From the IMG/VR virus record IMGVR_UViG_2706794695_000013: DNA of 38,573 bases, one strand, 5' to 3'. Under the pieces are notes generated by a model, which ran no database searches, was not told the origin of the DNA, and saw only the letters and a list, made by a program, of their open reading frames with translations. A program made the translations under genes and the position numbers. This DNA comes from a virus (taxonomy: Duplodnaviria; Heunggongvirae; Uroviricota; Caudoviricetes). Positions 12,201-21,282 of this stretch are shown one piece after another (position 1 is the first letter of the stretch; each line of letters begins with the position of its first letter).

Positions 12201-12314
12201 CCGTTCTGCATCGCTGGCTGCACCATTCAGAAGGTTTTTGATACGGGGAATTTCATTTTTAAACTCTGCCGCATCAATCCCCAAATCAATGACCAGGTTG
12301 GCTATCTGGTCCAT
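9249..12314 (-). CDS. H: Tail tape measure protein H (about 1021 aa from ATG 12314)
   Basis: C-terminus ...INNDGTNGQIGPAALKVVYDLGKK... matches lambda H; coiled-coil-rich centre; GGAGG 8 nt upstream of ATG 12314. Confidence 0.9.
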   Translation of the reverse strand: MDQIANLVIDLGIDAAEFKNEIPRIKNLLNGAASDAERSSARMQRFMERQTQAARQTTQAASSAATAASVHAQTVEKNAQAHERMSREVEKTRQRMEALSQKMREEQAQAMALAEAQDKAAAAFYRQIDSVKQASAGLQELQRIQQQIRQARNSGGIGQQDYLALISEVTAKTRVLTQAEEEATRQKVAFIRQLKEQATRQNLSSSELLRAKAAQLGVSSAAEVYIRKMEQAGKATHSLGLKSAAARQEIGVLIGELARGNLGALRGSGITLANRAGWIDTLMSPKGMMLGGVIGGIAAAVYGLGKAWYDGQKEGEEFNRQLSLTGHYAGVTAGQLWTLSRAISGNGITQHAAAGALAQVVGSGAFRGNDIGMVARAAAQMERSVGQSVSDTINQFKRLKDDPVNAAKALDNELHFLTATQLEQIRVLGEQGRSSDAARIAMSALAEETGRRTADIDNNLNALGSTLKYLSDLWSRFWDAAMNIGREDSLDEQISALQEKVSRAKRLPWTASSSQVEYDQQRLNELQEKKRQKDLQDAKEQAERNYQEQQKRRNAENAALNRMNETEAARHQREIARINSMQYADQAVRDAAIQRENERYEKALASGKKKTREPRNDEATRLLLQYSQQQAQVEGQIAAARQSAGIATERMTEAHKQLLALQQRISDLDGKKLTADEKSVLARKDELIQALTLLDVKQQELQKQTALNELKKKTIQLTSQLAEEERAQRQQHDLDIATVGMGDQQRQRYQVQLSLRQKYQQQLEQLRRDSEQKGTYNTDDYRKAEQALTESLNRQLNENRRYWQQLEVVQGNWKNGVLRAFQDFTVDADNTAGTAEQVFSSAFSNMGNGLATFVTTGKLNFKSFTSSVLSDMAKILAQATMMKSIKGIGSVLGFDLSSLSLNANGGIYQSADLSRYSGTVVNRPTFFAFAKGAGVMGEAGPEAILPLRRGADGKLGVVADIGGSGMAMFAPQYNIEINNDGTNGQIGPAALKVVYDLGKKAAADFMQQQARDGGRLSGAYR

Positions 12315-12615
12315 AACGCACACCTCCGGAAATACCTTCCCCAAGATGCATCAGTTCTTCGTCCGTTCGCTCCGGTATCCCGTTCTCTTCCGGTAAAAGG
12401 CTGAAATCAGCCACCGCAGCATCACTGCTGCCGGACACCATTCTCACGATCAATGCCTTCAGCGAGGCAAACTGCGCATCCATCCACACATCACTGAAGC
12501 TCTGCATCCGGAAATAATCGCCCCACTGACCAAGCTCAGTGGCCGACATTTCCGACAGCATCCGCCGCCAGTCTGCCCGCCGGAACTCCCGGGCAAGCCG
12601 CATGACAAACTGCAT
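12286..12615 (-). CDS. T: T segment of a G-T tail assembly chaperone (expressed by -1 frameshift from G)
   Basis: ORF in the -1 frame relative to G, starting just past the G stop and overlapping the H start, as in lambda. Confidence 0.6.
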   Translation of the reverse strand: MQFVMRLAREFRRADWRRMLSEMSATELGQWGDYFRMQSFSDVWMDAQFASLKALIVRMVSGSSDAAVADFSLLPEENGIPERTDEELMHLGEGISGGVRYGPDSQPGH

Positions 12616-12623
12616 TTCCCGCG

Positions 12624-13013
12624 TCAGGACTTTTCCGGCGTCAGCCCCTCATGCTCCAAATCCCCGGCATTATCAATGGCCCCCATACCGCTCAGCGACA
12701 GAACCATCTCCGCCCCCGCACCCAGGGCATCATACGACCATGTTGTAATAACGGATGCGTAAAGCGTCTCAACATCCTGAGACTGTTCCGCATTCCACAG
12801 TGAGCGGGAAACCAGCCAGGCATTGATATCCATCCCCATCCGCAGAAAAGCAATCTGTCGTTCAGCCTCCGGCAGTTCTCCCTCCCCGGCATCAAACTTT
12901 GCCGTTCGCTGCTGAACAAACGTCAGATATTCAATTCTCTGCAGCCCGGACAGCTCACTGAGCACCACGGACTGTTTTTCATAATTAAACGTGTCCTGTT
13001 TCAGAAACATCAT
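12624..13013 (-). CDS. G: Tail assembly chaperone G
   Basis: MMFLKQDTFNYEKQSVVLSELSGLQRIEYL... resembles lambda G (VTLSELSALQRIEHL); position between V and T/H. Confidence 0.75.
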   Translation of the reverse strand: MMFLKQDTFNYEKQSVVLSELSGLQRIEYLTFVQQRTAKFDAGEGELPEAERQIAFLRMGMDINAWLVSRSLWNAEQSQDVETLYASVITTWSYDALGAGAEMVLSLSGMGAIDNAGDLEHEGLTPEKS

Positions 13014-13070
13014 GTTCTCCACCTGTAAAAAAGCCCCGAATAACCGGGGCAAATGATGAGTATCGTCCTG

Positions 13071-13814
13071 TTAACCTGCTGCGCTGACAGTCACCGTAGC
13101 CACTGCCACAAAATTCCCGTCAGCGGTCATGCCCACAATGCTGACACTGCCCTGCTTCACGCCTTTCACCGTGGCCACAAGCCCGTTCAGGGTCACCGTG
13201 GCAGTCTGTGGATCTGTCGAATGCACACTGATCGCTTTGTCACTGGCTCCGTCAGGTTTTACTGTAAAGGTCAGCGTGGTGGTTGCTCCCACTTTTACAC
13301 TGGCAGATGCCGGTGCCACCGTCAGCCCGGTAACGCTCACTGTTTCAGTGCCTTCCTCTGCCAGATACGGACGCCCCACACCGCTGATTTTCACTGTGCG
13401 GGTCATCACGTCTTTTGAGGCAATGGTTTTACCCAGTGAACTCAGCCAGCCACGGAAAACATCAACAGTACCGTTGGGATATTTGATACGAAACGCGCAG
13501 ACTTCACCGGAGTCGAACAACTGAACCAGTTTTTTCTGCCCGCTGTCACCCGGACGCCAGGCCAGCGTCGCCGAAGTATCACCAACGGATTTCTGCCCCT
13601 GGGTTGTCGTTTTCCAGTCTGCATCTTCATCATCGAGATAAGTGTCATCTTCTGCATCAGCGGTCATTTCGCCAGGTTGCAGATCCTTCACCATCGCAAG
13701 ACGCAGCCAGTCAGTGTCCGATAAAGGGTTCGCAAACGCATCGCCCTTGCCGGTATACATCCAGAACGTCGTTCCCGCACCTTTCGTTTTTGCCAGTGGA
13801 TTTGGTGTGGTCAT
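13071..13814 (-). CDS. V: Major tail tube protein V with C-terminal Ig-like domain
   Basis: From internal ATG: MTTPNPLAKTKGAGTTFWMYTGKGDAFANPLSDTDWLRLAMVKDLQPGE... matches lambda V. Confidence 0.9.
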   Translation of the reverse strand: MTTPNPLAKTKGAGTTFWMYTGKGDAFANPLSDTDWLRLAMVKDLQPGEMTADAEDDTYLDDEDADWKTTTQGQKSVGDTSATLAWRPGDSGQKKLVQLFDSGEVCAFRIKYPNGTVDVFRGWLSSLGKTIASKDVMTRTVKISGVGRPYLAEEGTETVSVTGLTVAPASASVKVGATTTLTFTVKPDGASDKAISVHSTDPQTATVTLNGLVATVKGVKQGSVSIVGMTADGNFVAVATVTVSAAG

Positions 13815-13824
13815 TACCACCTCC

Positions 13825-14238
13825 TTAATTCGTGTACGTGATCTGGTACGTGATTTCCGCCATCGCCCAGGTGGCCATCTCATTATCACGTTGATAGTTA
13901 AAACCGAGTGGGATCAGGGTGTCGATGAGTCCGGAAAGTGCTGGTACATCATTCAAGGCCGGGAAAATGGTGCTCTCCATCCACATATCCAGCTCTGAAT
14001 CCGGTGCCTGTGCCCGGATGAAGACAGCAATATGCAGAACAGCCTGCCAGTCATCTTCATCCGTCATTTTTCCGGTGTACTGAGCATCACTCAGCCACAC
14101 CGCCACGGCAGGCAGTTCCTGCGCATCAACAAATGCCGGAAGCCCGTCAAAAAACGTGGCGCTGTCTCCACACTGTTCCCGAAGGCGTGCCAGTACGACC
14201 TGGCGGATTTGTGTATGTCGGTTCATCGGGTCAGCCAT
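13825..14238 (-). CDS. U: Tail terminator protein U
   Basis: 137 aa; ...ATFFDGLPAFVDAQELPAVAVWLSDAQYTG...PDSELDMWMES... matches lambda U. Confidence 0.85.
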   Translation of the reverse strand: MADPMNRHTQIRQVVLARLREQCGDSATFFDGLPAFVDAQELPAVAVWLSDAQYTGKMTDEDDWQAVLHIAVFIRAQAPDSELDMWMESTIFPALNDVPALSGLIDTLIPLGFNYQRDNEMATWAMAEITYQITYTN

Positions 14239-14801
14239 AACCTCAGTTGTTGTTTCAGTGCATACCCCAGCTGTTTCGGCATTTCCGCAGCAATGATGCG
14301 GTCGCGGGCATCTTCAAATGCCTGTGTCAGCGGTCCGGACAGCGGGATTTTCACCACATCAATGGGGTAACGATTTTTGCCATCAATACGCCGCATCACA
14401 TGCCAGCGACCATTCGCCAGTTGCTGAATAAACGCATCCCGGAAAAGATATTTACCCACCTTCAGCACACTGCCACGGTACTGCAGTTTTCCACCACGCC
14501 GGGCCAGTCTGACCCGGGCTGTCCCCAGCTTAATGGCGGGCAGATTGCCCCGGTTAACGCGGATCCTGGCCGTCATTTTTCCTGACGGACTGGCTTTAAA
14601 CACCCGGACACGCTGACGTACCAGTTTCAGGGGGATCCCTTTCACCTGGTTATCTCCCGCAACGGTATTCCCGGCAACCTGCCGGGTGGCAACCGAGACC
14701 GCTTTCTGTGCCACACGGTTTATCGCCCATGCGCTGGCCTGTGGCACCATACGGGTATCAAGGCTGTTCAGATTGCGGATGGCATTCTCAAGCCCCTTCA
14801 T
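14223..14801 (-). CDS. Z: Tail completion protein Z
   Basis: 192 aa; MKGLENAIRNLNSLDTRMVPQASAWAINRVA... matches lambda Z. Confidence 0.85.
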   Translation of the reverse strand: MKGLENAIRNLNSLDTRMVPQASAWAINRVAQKAVSVATRQVAGNTVAGDNQVKGIPLKLVRQRVRVFKASPSGKMTARIRVNRGNLPAIKLGTARVRLARRGGKLQYRGSVLKVGKYLFRDAFIQQLANGRWHVMRRIDGKNRYPIDVVKIPLSGPLTQAFEDARDRIIAAEMPKQLGYALKQQLRLWLTR

Positions 14802-14812
14802 CCCACACCTCT

Positions 14813-15088
14813 TTACTCAATAAAGATCATTGGCTTACCGTTAAAGCGTTCATGCCGTGTGACCGTCCATTGTTGTCCGTCATAAACAACGCGATCCCCG
14901 CGCCGTGGGCGGTATCCCGAAGAAAACACCACCAGAGAGACCGCAGGTCCGGACAGAGCATTCAGCTCTGCCAGTGTTTCTCCCGGGATCACAGTCATAT
15001 CGACATCATTAATCGAGGCTGTCTTTCCCATCTTTCTGACCGTGATCGCATCCATACGCGCTGCCAGCCGGGAAAAGGGATCAGACAT
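14813..15088 (-). CDS. Head-tail joining protein (FII-like position), 91 aa
   Basis: Small ORF between the head gene and Z; weak resemblance to gpFII-type connector proteins; call rests on synteny. Confidence 0.45.
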   Translation of the reverse strand: MSDPFSRLAARMDAITVRKMGKTASINDVDMTVIPGETLAELNALSGPAVSLVVFSSGYRPRRGDRVVYDGQQWTVTRHERFNGKPMIFIE

Positions 15089-15404
15089 TGAGTTTTACCG
15101 GCACTTCTTCTGCACTGGTTCCGGCATCTGCCCAGACAACCCCGACCAGCGGATCAGAGCCGCTGTTAGTCAGCTGAACTTTTCCGGACTTCAGATAAAC
15201 CTTCTTACCCGTTTTCATGTCATCCGTTTTCAGCTTAGGCAGCATAAACACACCTTCGGTCAGGCCGTCGCCTGTTTCACCCTGTGGAATATCGGTCAGT
15301 GCCACCGCAAAAACATCACCCACCTGCACCAGATCTCCGCTGCTGATGGCTGCACTGGCAACAATCGCCACCGTTTTTCCTTCTTCTACAAAATTCTTTG
15401 CCAT
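15081..15404 (-). CDS. Small head-associated protein (DUF2190-like, possible decoration/adaptor)
   Basis: ATG at 15404 (MAKNFVEEGKTVAIV...) preceded by GGAG; sits directly after the capsid gene. Confidence 0.4.
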   Translation of the reverse strand: MAKNFVEEGKTVAIVASAAISSGDLVQVGDVFAVALTDIPQGETGDGLTEGVFMLPKLKTDDMKTGKKVYLKSGKVQLTNSGSDPLVGVVWADAGTSAEEVPVKLNV

Positions 15405-15490
15405 AACTGTCTCCGCACAGCCCCGTTCAGGGGCTGATTTCAGGTACAAAAAAAGCCCTTACGGGCCATCAGAGTTGTTGTCTGCGACGT

Positions 15491-17449
15491 TTACGCCGTA
15501 CATTTCACCAGACCGCGGTGATCAACTGGCGCGACACCGGCGTCAATACGCACTTTCGTTGTCACGCCATCCACACTGAAGCCCTCCATCTGATCAATAT
15601 ATGGCGTATCCACACCGTTGAGATAAGCCACTTCAATCGTATCGGAGCCTTTTGACGCAGCCAGGTAGAAGGTGGTCTGGCTGTTATCATCAAGACGAGG
15701 CTCTGCAATAACGGTCGCAAAATCTTTCACCGGGTTAATAATACCGGCGTTAATGTCGGCCCCCTTGACACTTGAGGAGCGAATGACCTGGTTAGCAACA
15801 GACTCCATCGCCGTCGGTACCAGTACGAACGCAGGACGAATATTCAGATGACGCTCCCCCTCTTTCTGAACGCGCATCAACTGGCGGGCTTTATCCAGCG
15901 ATGCCACGTCCATTGCAGCGCTATCCAGTACGTTTGCATGTTTCGCTTTATCGAACAGACTTACATTATCTGTGGAGATTTTCGGGTTAGACGTCAGAAT
16001 GGCATAAACCAGATCGGCAATAGTGGATTTCGCCGCACGGCCCAGTTTCATCGGGACATCGGTCAGCATATTCAGATCATCATTGATAATGGCCTGACGG
16101 GTGATACTGAACAGCTCGCCATAGGTCGCCAGTGCAATAGTGGCCTGTTTATCTCCGGTGGTGACGTATTTATATTCCGCCCCTTCACGCACCTGACGCA
16201 GAGCACTGAAGCCCCCCATACCCACACGATGGGCAATTTTAAAATCAGACAACTGACCTTTCCGCGTCCACTGTTCATAGGTTTCAGGGGCATCTTCCCA
16301 GCCCTGCAGAATGGCTTTGTTCGCAACATCCAGCAGAATATTACCGAAGTCAGACGTACTGTGTGTGAACGCCGCACCGACCATCTGCATCGGGTTATAA
16401 CTGGAAACCCCAATACCCCGTTCAGTCAGTGACATACGGGCATATTCACGCAGGGTCATCCCGTTGTAGACATTATCACGTTCGGTTTTTTCAAATCCGG
16501 CACGCGCCATCAGCGCCTGGCGGATCCCGTCCCCCACAAAATTACCGTTTCCGGCATAAATATGAGCCGGGGTATTTTTATTGGATGGCGTGGACTCGCG
16601 CCCCATCTCGTTCAACAGCTTTTCGCGGGCCTGCTCCAGCGAACATTCAGGATCGGCAAGACACTGAGCCTGCAGCGTCTGATAACGCCCGCCAAACATG
16701 GCAAACAGATCATTAATACCGTTTACACGCGCTTTTTGCTCTGCCAGTACCTGCGCACGGATACTGTTTTCATCCACCACGGGTGCTGCTGCCTGCACTG
16801 GCGTCCGGGAGGCTGCAGGTTCATCATCCTGTACGCGTGGAGCACTGTTGCGTGGCGGAGTAATCATGTTTCGAATGGATTCCGGCATCTTTTTAAATTC
16901 CTCTGTACGTTTTGACTGAATACATGCCATTGCCTTAACGGCTGGCGTCACCTGATCAGCAAATCCCTGTGCCAGACATTCGGCACCGGACATCCAGGTC
17001 TCATCCGCCAGCATGGCAGCAATTTCATCGGTGGTTTTCCCGGTTTTCTGTGCATAAGCGGGTAACAGAACCGCCTCAACCTTATCGAGCAGGTCGGCAT
17101 AGGTGCGCATGTCCTCCGCATCACCGCCCGTAAAGCCAAATGGTTTATGAATCATCATGAAGGTGTTTTCCGGCATAATGACCGGGTTTCCCACCATCGC
17201 AATGACCGACGCCATTGACGCCGCCACACCGTCGACATAAACGGTAATGGACGCACCATGTGTTTTCAGCGCATTAAAAATGGCGATGCCTTCAAAGACA
17301 TCGCCACCCGGTGAATTAATATGGAGATTAATGTGGGTGATATCGCCCAGTGCATTCAGATCACTGATAAACTGCTTCGCTGTAACACCCCAGAAACCAA
17401 TCTCGTCATAAATATAAATATCCGCGTCACTCTGGTGACCAGCCTGCAT
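15491..17449 (-). CDS. Prohead protease (ClpP/S49-like) fused to HK97-fold major capsid protein
   Basis: From ATG 17449: MQAGHQSDADIYIYDEIGFWGV...INSPGGDVFEG... is a ClpP-type protease signature, followed by a long C-terminal capsid-like domain; lies directly after the portal gene. Confidence 0.8.
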   Translation of the reverse strand: MQAGHQSDADIYIYDEIGFWGVTAKQFISDLNALGDITHINLHINSPGGDVFEGIAIFNALKTHGASITVYVDGVAASMASVIAMVGNPVIMPENTFMMIHKPFGFTGGDAEDMRTYADLLDKVEAVLLPAYAQKTGKTTDEIAAMLADETWMSGAECLAQGFADQVTPAVKAMACIQSKRTEEFKKMPESIRNMITPPRNSAPRVQDDEPAASRTPVQAAAPVVDENSIRAQVLAEQKARVNGINDLFAMFGGRYQTLQAQCLADPECSLEQAREKLLNEMGRESTPSNKNTPAHIYAGNGNFVGDGIRQALMARAGFEKTERDNVYNGMTLREYARMSLTERGIGVSSYNPMQMVGAAFTHSTSDFGNILLDVANKAILQGWEDAPETYEQWTRKGQLSDFKIAHRVGMGGFSALRQVREGAEYKYVTTGDKQATIALATYGELFSITRQAIINDDLNMLTDVPMKLGRAAKSTIADLVYAILTSNPKISTDNVSLFDKAKHANVLDSAAMDVASLDKARQLMRVQKEGERHLNIRPAFVLVPTAMESVANQVIRSSSVKGADINAGIINPVKDFATVIAEPRLDDNSQTTFYLAASKGSDTIEVAYLNGVDTPYIDQMEGFSVDGVTTKVRIDAGVAPVDHRGLVKCTA

Positions 17450-17462
17450 CCTGAACCAGGAA

Positions 17463-18971
17463 TTATTCTTCGGACTGGTCGTCGGTGTGCTGCGGCTCCT
17501 GTCGTTTCGTTGCGGCACTGCTGCCTCCTTTATCACTGGCCGGATCGGTATCAAATACCAGATCCAGCTTGCGGTTTTCATCAATTTCGGCCTTGCGCCG
17601 ACGTTTGACATCATCCGGATTACGACCACCTGCACGTACCCAGTCTGATTCTGTCGCCGCTCCACCACGAATCTGGATTTTCCAGGCCTCAGCCTCCTTA
17701 ACAGGGTCAATCCACGGCATCACCGGTCCGGAATACACCGCGGTATACAGTGAAGAACGGTCAAGATCGCGGGGTAGCCTGATAACACCGGATGCCACAG
17801 CCTGTTTCAGCCATGCACGATACATCGGGCGGGTGACGGCACCAATAAACCAGTCCTGCAGGATCAGGTAGCCATCAGTAGATTCAACCAGCTCCTGACG
17901 CTGGGCGCTGTAAGTGCCGTTATAGTTGCGCGCTGTACTGGAAAAACTCAGACGACTGCCCGCCGCCACGGCACGCAACTGACCATTACGAAAAGTTTCA
18001 AGGTTAGGATTGGGGCGATCCGACTTCACCATTCCGATTTCTTCGCCGGGTTTCAGATCGTCGTAAATAATGCCTGGCTGAATGGTAAGCTCGCGTTCCT
18101 TATCCTTGCTGCCATTACCATCCGGTTCATAGCTCTGCCCGTCGCCTTTGCGGATGTACATCCCCAGAGCAGCGGCGATCCTTGCTGCAGTCAGCTCATA
18201 ATCTTCATAATCTTTCAGGGCACTGAGGCGGATCAGCACACCGGACAACAAAGACGTCCCGCGCATCTGGTGCAGACGGCGAACAAATTTAAGATGCAGC
18301 ATTCGCTCTGCATCCACTTCTTTGGTTTCCATCTGCCGTCCGGATACGGGACGGCTTTTATACACCAGATATTTTTCGGGACGCCCCCAGTCATCAACAA
18401 ACACGCCCTGATTCAGCCTGTTGCTCTCATCACTGGTCATGGGAATAAAGTCCGGCTCGAGCGCCTCCAGCCAGAAATGAACACCGGCAGAAGGCGTCAG
18501 GCTGTTTATGCGCCCGGAAACCATCTGGGCAAACACCTCACCATCGCGCAGCCAGGTACGCAGCATCAGACGTTCCAGCATCGGACGGGTAAACTGCCCG
18601 GTGACTTCCGGGCTGACAGACCATTCACTCCATCGGGTGCGAATCTCCGCAGCCAGGTCACGGGCAATGGCCCCATTGCGTAATACCGGATGTGGCTCGA
18701 CAATAATCCCGTTTTTCCCCACCACCCGTTCTTCCAGCTTGTCAAATACACCAATAACCAGATCGTGGTTGTTATCAAGGTAACGGGCCTGCTCACGTAA
18801 CGACACGGCCCCGTACTGGCTTAACTGGTCGGCAGTTCGGTTTTCCCGCCGGCCTTTGTGTGTCCGCGTCGTTTTTACGGCCTCATAAGCCTGGATCACC
18901 GCACGGGAACGCAGCCTTGCCGCTTTCCATCCTGGTGAAAAAACGCCAATCACATCATCAAGAATTGCCAT
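17463..18971 (-). CDS. B: Portal protein (lambda B family)
   Basis: From ATG 18971: MAILDDVIGVFSPGWKAARLRSRAVIQAYEA...; between W and the protease-capsid gene; start overlaps the W stop (TGATG). Confidence 0.9.
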   Translation of the reverse strand: MAILDDVIGVFSPGWKAARLRSRAVIQAYEAVKTTRTHKGRRENRTADQLSQYGAVSLREQARYLDNNHDLVIGVFDKLEERVVGKNGIIVEPHPVLRNGAIARDLAAEIRTRWSEWSVSPEVTGQFTRPMLERLMLRTWLRDGEVFAQMVSGRINSLTPSAGVHFWLEALEPDFIPMTSDESNRLNQGVFVDDWGRPEKYLVYKSRPVSGRQMETKEVDAERMLHLKFVRRLHQMRGTSLLSGVLIRLSALKDYEDYELTAARIAAALGMYIRKGDGQSYEPDGNGSKDKERELTIQPGIIYDDLKPGEEIGMVKSDRPNPNLETFRNGQLRAVAAGSRLSFSSTARNYNGTYSAQRQELVESTDGYLILQDWFIGAVTRPMYRAWLKQAVASGVIRLPRDLDRSSLYTAVYSGPVMPWIDPVKEAEAWKIQIRGGAATESDWVRAGGRNPDDVKRRRKAEIDENRKLDLVFDTDPASDKGGSSAATKRQEPQHTDDQSEE

Positions 18972-19189
18972 CAGAACCTCGCCAGCCGGTACCCGGGATG
19001 CCCCCGTCGTCGTGTAATCAGAGCCGCAAGGCGGCGCTCCCACTCCTGCCGTCCCTGCCGGATCTCAGATAAGTTTTCCATGGTCATCTGCTGACCATTA
19101 AAGGTGACGGATTTTCCGTCCAGCACCGCCATTTCAGCTTCCGTATAACGCTGAATCATGGCTTCAATATCATTCTGGTTCATAACCAT
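18971..19189 (-). CDS. W: Head-tail joining protein W
   Basis: 72 aa; C-terminus ...ITRRRGHPGYRLARF resembles lambda W (...QRRRGPAGFYV); between terminase A and portal. Confidence 0.75.
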   Translation of the reverse strand: MVMNQNDIEAMIQRYTEAEMAVLDGKSVTFNGQQMTMENLSEIRQGRQEWERRLAALITRRRGHPGYRLARF

Positions 19190-21282
19190 CCTCCGGAAGT
19201 CAGCCAGGGGTTAACATCGTCAGTTACTGTTTTCTTCCGTTTTTGTTTTTTAACAGGCGTGGATACCGGTTCCGGTGAGGGTGACGGTTCGGTACTGTCC
19301 GGGACACACTCCAGCCAGGTTTCCCGGCTCGCCCACTCCGGTGCATCCGGCCAGCGGATCTTTTCGTATCCATGCAGAATGACCAGAGCCTCGGCATACA
19401 CCATCAGGTCAAAAGCTTCGTTGGCACCGCGACCCGGCTTACTCCATTTCCCGTCACTGCTCCGCTCTTCATACGTCAGTTCGTCGTAAAACCAGCTCCC
19501 CAGCCAGTCAGGGAAATGCACATAGCCGGGACCTGGCGAGTCACGCCATAACGCGTTATTCACCCGGTCTTTCAGTGCATCCGTCTGAAGAAGCCAGAGC
19601 GGCACATCACCTGCGGCCTGCGCCCGTCGGCCCGTTCGTCCGGTGTTATCAGGGAATGTACGGGTGATCAGTTTTGCGCGCCGGATGCTGTCGCCCTTAA
19701 ACAGGTAAATACGTTTACCAAGGCCATCACGACGGCAACGACGCCAGAATTTATAGGCATTATCAGTGACCCCGTCTTCACCGCCGGAGTCCACCGCCAT
19801 TGCCATCAGTCGCATTTGTTGAGAAGGATCGGAGGCCAGCGGCCAGCTTTTATGAAAAACATCCGTCAGCAGGACATCCCAGTCTTCCGGATAGCTGGCC
19901 GGATCAATTCGCTGGCTCTCCCCGTCGCTGTCACCGCGCAATGACTGCGTGATGTTGTAACGATCAATAATCCAGCGTTCGCCACGGCTGCCATAGCCCG
20001 TTACCTGAACCACAAAACGGCGATGACGTCCCGCCTGCACATCCACTGTCGCCACAAGGAAATTAACGCCATCCGGCACACTGCGGGAAGGAACTGGCTC
20101 TGCCCGCTGCTCAAGCAGTTCACTTTTTCGTTGCTCCATGCTGGCGCGGGGAAGATAAGGTAATCCCCAGTCGGTATTGATAACCGTCTTGAGTGTTTCT
20201 TCACTTCCGGTTGTCTCGTATTCCTGTTCTGCAGTAAGCAGTTTGTAAACGAGTTGCGAGAGTGTCTGGTAAGCAGCTGCCGGACCCTCCATCCAGAATG
20301 ACGCAATACGTGAGCGTCGGGGATCACCATAACGACTGCCATCCGCATTGATGGATTCACCATCCCGCAACCAGACCCCACGTCCGTTCAGCTCACGTTT
20401 GTGTTCAGGCATAATCCGTCCTGAACAGGAAGGACACTGAATATAAGCCGCCTCACTTGCCAGCACGGGATCGGCAATATCACGGAAACCAGCAACCACA
20501 TCGCCGCAGGGCTGAAAATACTCACCACAGTGTGGACAGGGCCAGTACCAGCGACGGCGATCGCCACGGTTATAGAGCGACAGTATCCCCGTGGTTGGTG
20601 GAGCCTCATGCGGTGAAGTCCGTCGCCATTTCACATCCTTCACATCCCTGCCGGGGGAACTCTCCACAAGCGTCATACCACTGGACATAAATGTTGTGGT
20701 ACGTTTTGAGGCAAGAGAGAAAGCATCCCCCTCGCCATCAATATCTTCCGGAAAACGGTCATAATCCGTCAGCGCGACGCATTTATAATCTGATGAGGAC
20801 ATGATATTGACTGACGGCCAGCCGATTTTCAGGTAGTTACCAGCAAGGAATGTTCTGTCATAAACGTTGTTGTCATTTTTGTTCGGACTCAGGCGACTGA
20901 CCACTTCCGGGCTGACGCGAAACGTTCTGGCGAGTCGTTTTTTGGAGTGTTCGCGGGCTTTTTCCTCCGTCATCTGAATGATCAGCATATCAGCAGGATC
21001 GCAAATCACGTTGTAAATCACCCAGCCGTCAATCAGGCCGATAGTCTTGCCGGTTCGTGCCGGGCCAACAAATATCACTGCGTCGTATTCACGCGAGGCC
21101 AGGCAGTTCATCGGCTCAATAACATACGGTGCCACCAGCGGATCCCACGGGACTGAGTTCCCTGCCCCCATGGGCACCCGCATATACTGAGCAACGGCAT
21201 CAGCAACCCGCATTCGTCTCGGTGCGCGAAGGATATAACCTGAATCGGTTCGTGCTGCCTTTGCGGTTTCCTGATTCAGCAT
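19180..21282 (-). CDS. A: Terminase large subunit (GpA family)
   Basis: 700 aa; contains CPHCGEYFQ zinc-ribbon-like motif comparable to lambda A (CPHCGEEQ); follows the small subunit. Confidence 0.9.
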   Translation of the reverse strand: MLNQETAKAARTDSGYILRAPRRMRVADAVAQYMRVPMGAGNSVPWDPLVAPYVIEPMNCLASREYDAVIFVGPARTGKTIGLIDGWVIYNVICDPADMLIIQMTEEKAREHSKKRLARTFRVSPEVVSRLSPNKNDNNVYDRTFLAGNYLKIGWPSVNIMSSSDYKCVALTDYDRFPEDIDGEGDAFSLASKRTTTFMSSGMTLVESSPGRDVKDVKWRRTSPHEAPPTTGILSLYNRGDRRRWYWPCPHCGEYFQPCGDVVAGFRDIADPVLASEAAYIQCPSCSGRIMPEHKRELNGRGVWLRDGESINADGSRYGDPRRSRIASFWMEGPAAAYQTLSQLVYKLLTAEQEYETTGSEETLKTVINTDWGLPYLPRASMEQRKSELLEQRAEPVPSRSVPDGVNFLVATVDVQAGRHRRFVVQVTGYGSRGERWIIDRYNITQSLRGDSDGESQRIDPASYPEDWDVLLTDVFHKSWPLASDPSQQMRLMAMAVDSGGEDGVTDNAYKFWRRCRRDGLGKRIYLFKGDSIRRAKLITRTFPDNTGRTGRRAQAAGDVPLWLLQTDALKDRVNNALWRDSPGPGYVHFPDWLGSWFYDELTYEERSSDGKWSKPGRGANEAFDLMVYAEALVILHGYEKIRWPDAPEWASRETWLECVPDSTEPSPSPEPVSTPVKKQKRKKTVTDDVNPWLTSGGWL

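Noticed and set aside
16429-16919. Plus-strand ORFs antisense to the protease-capsid gene
   Set aside because: They lie inside the strongly supported capsid ORF on the opposite strand.
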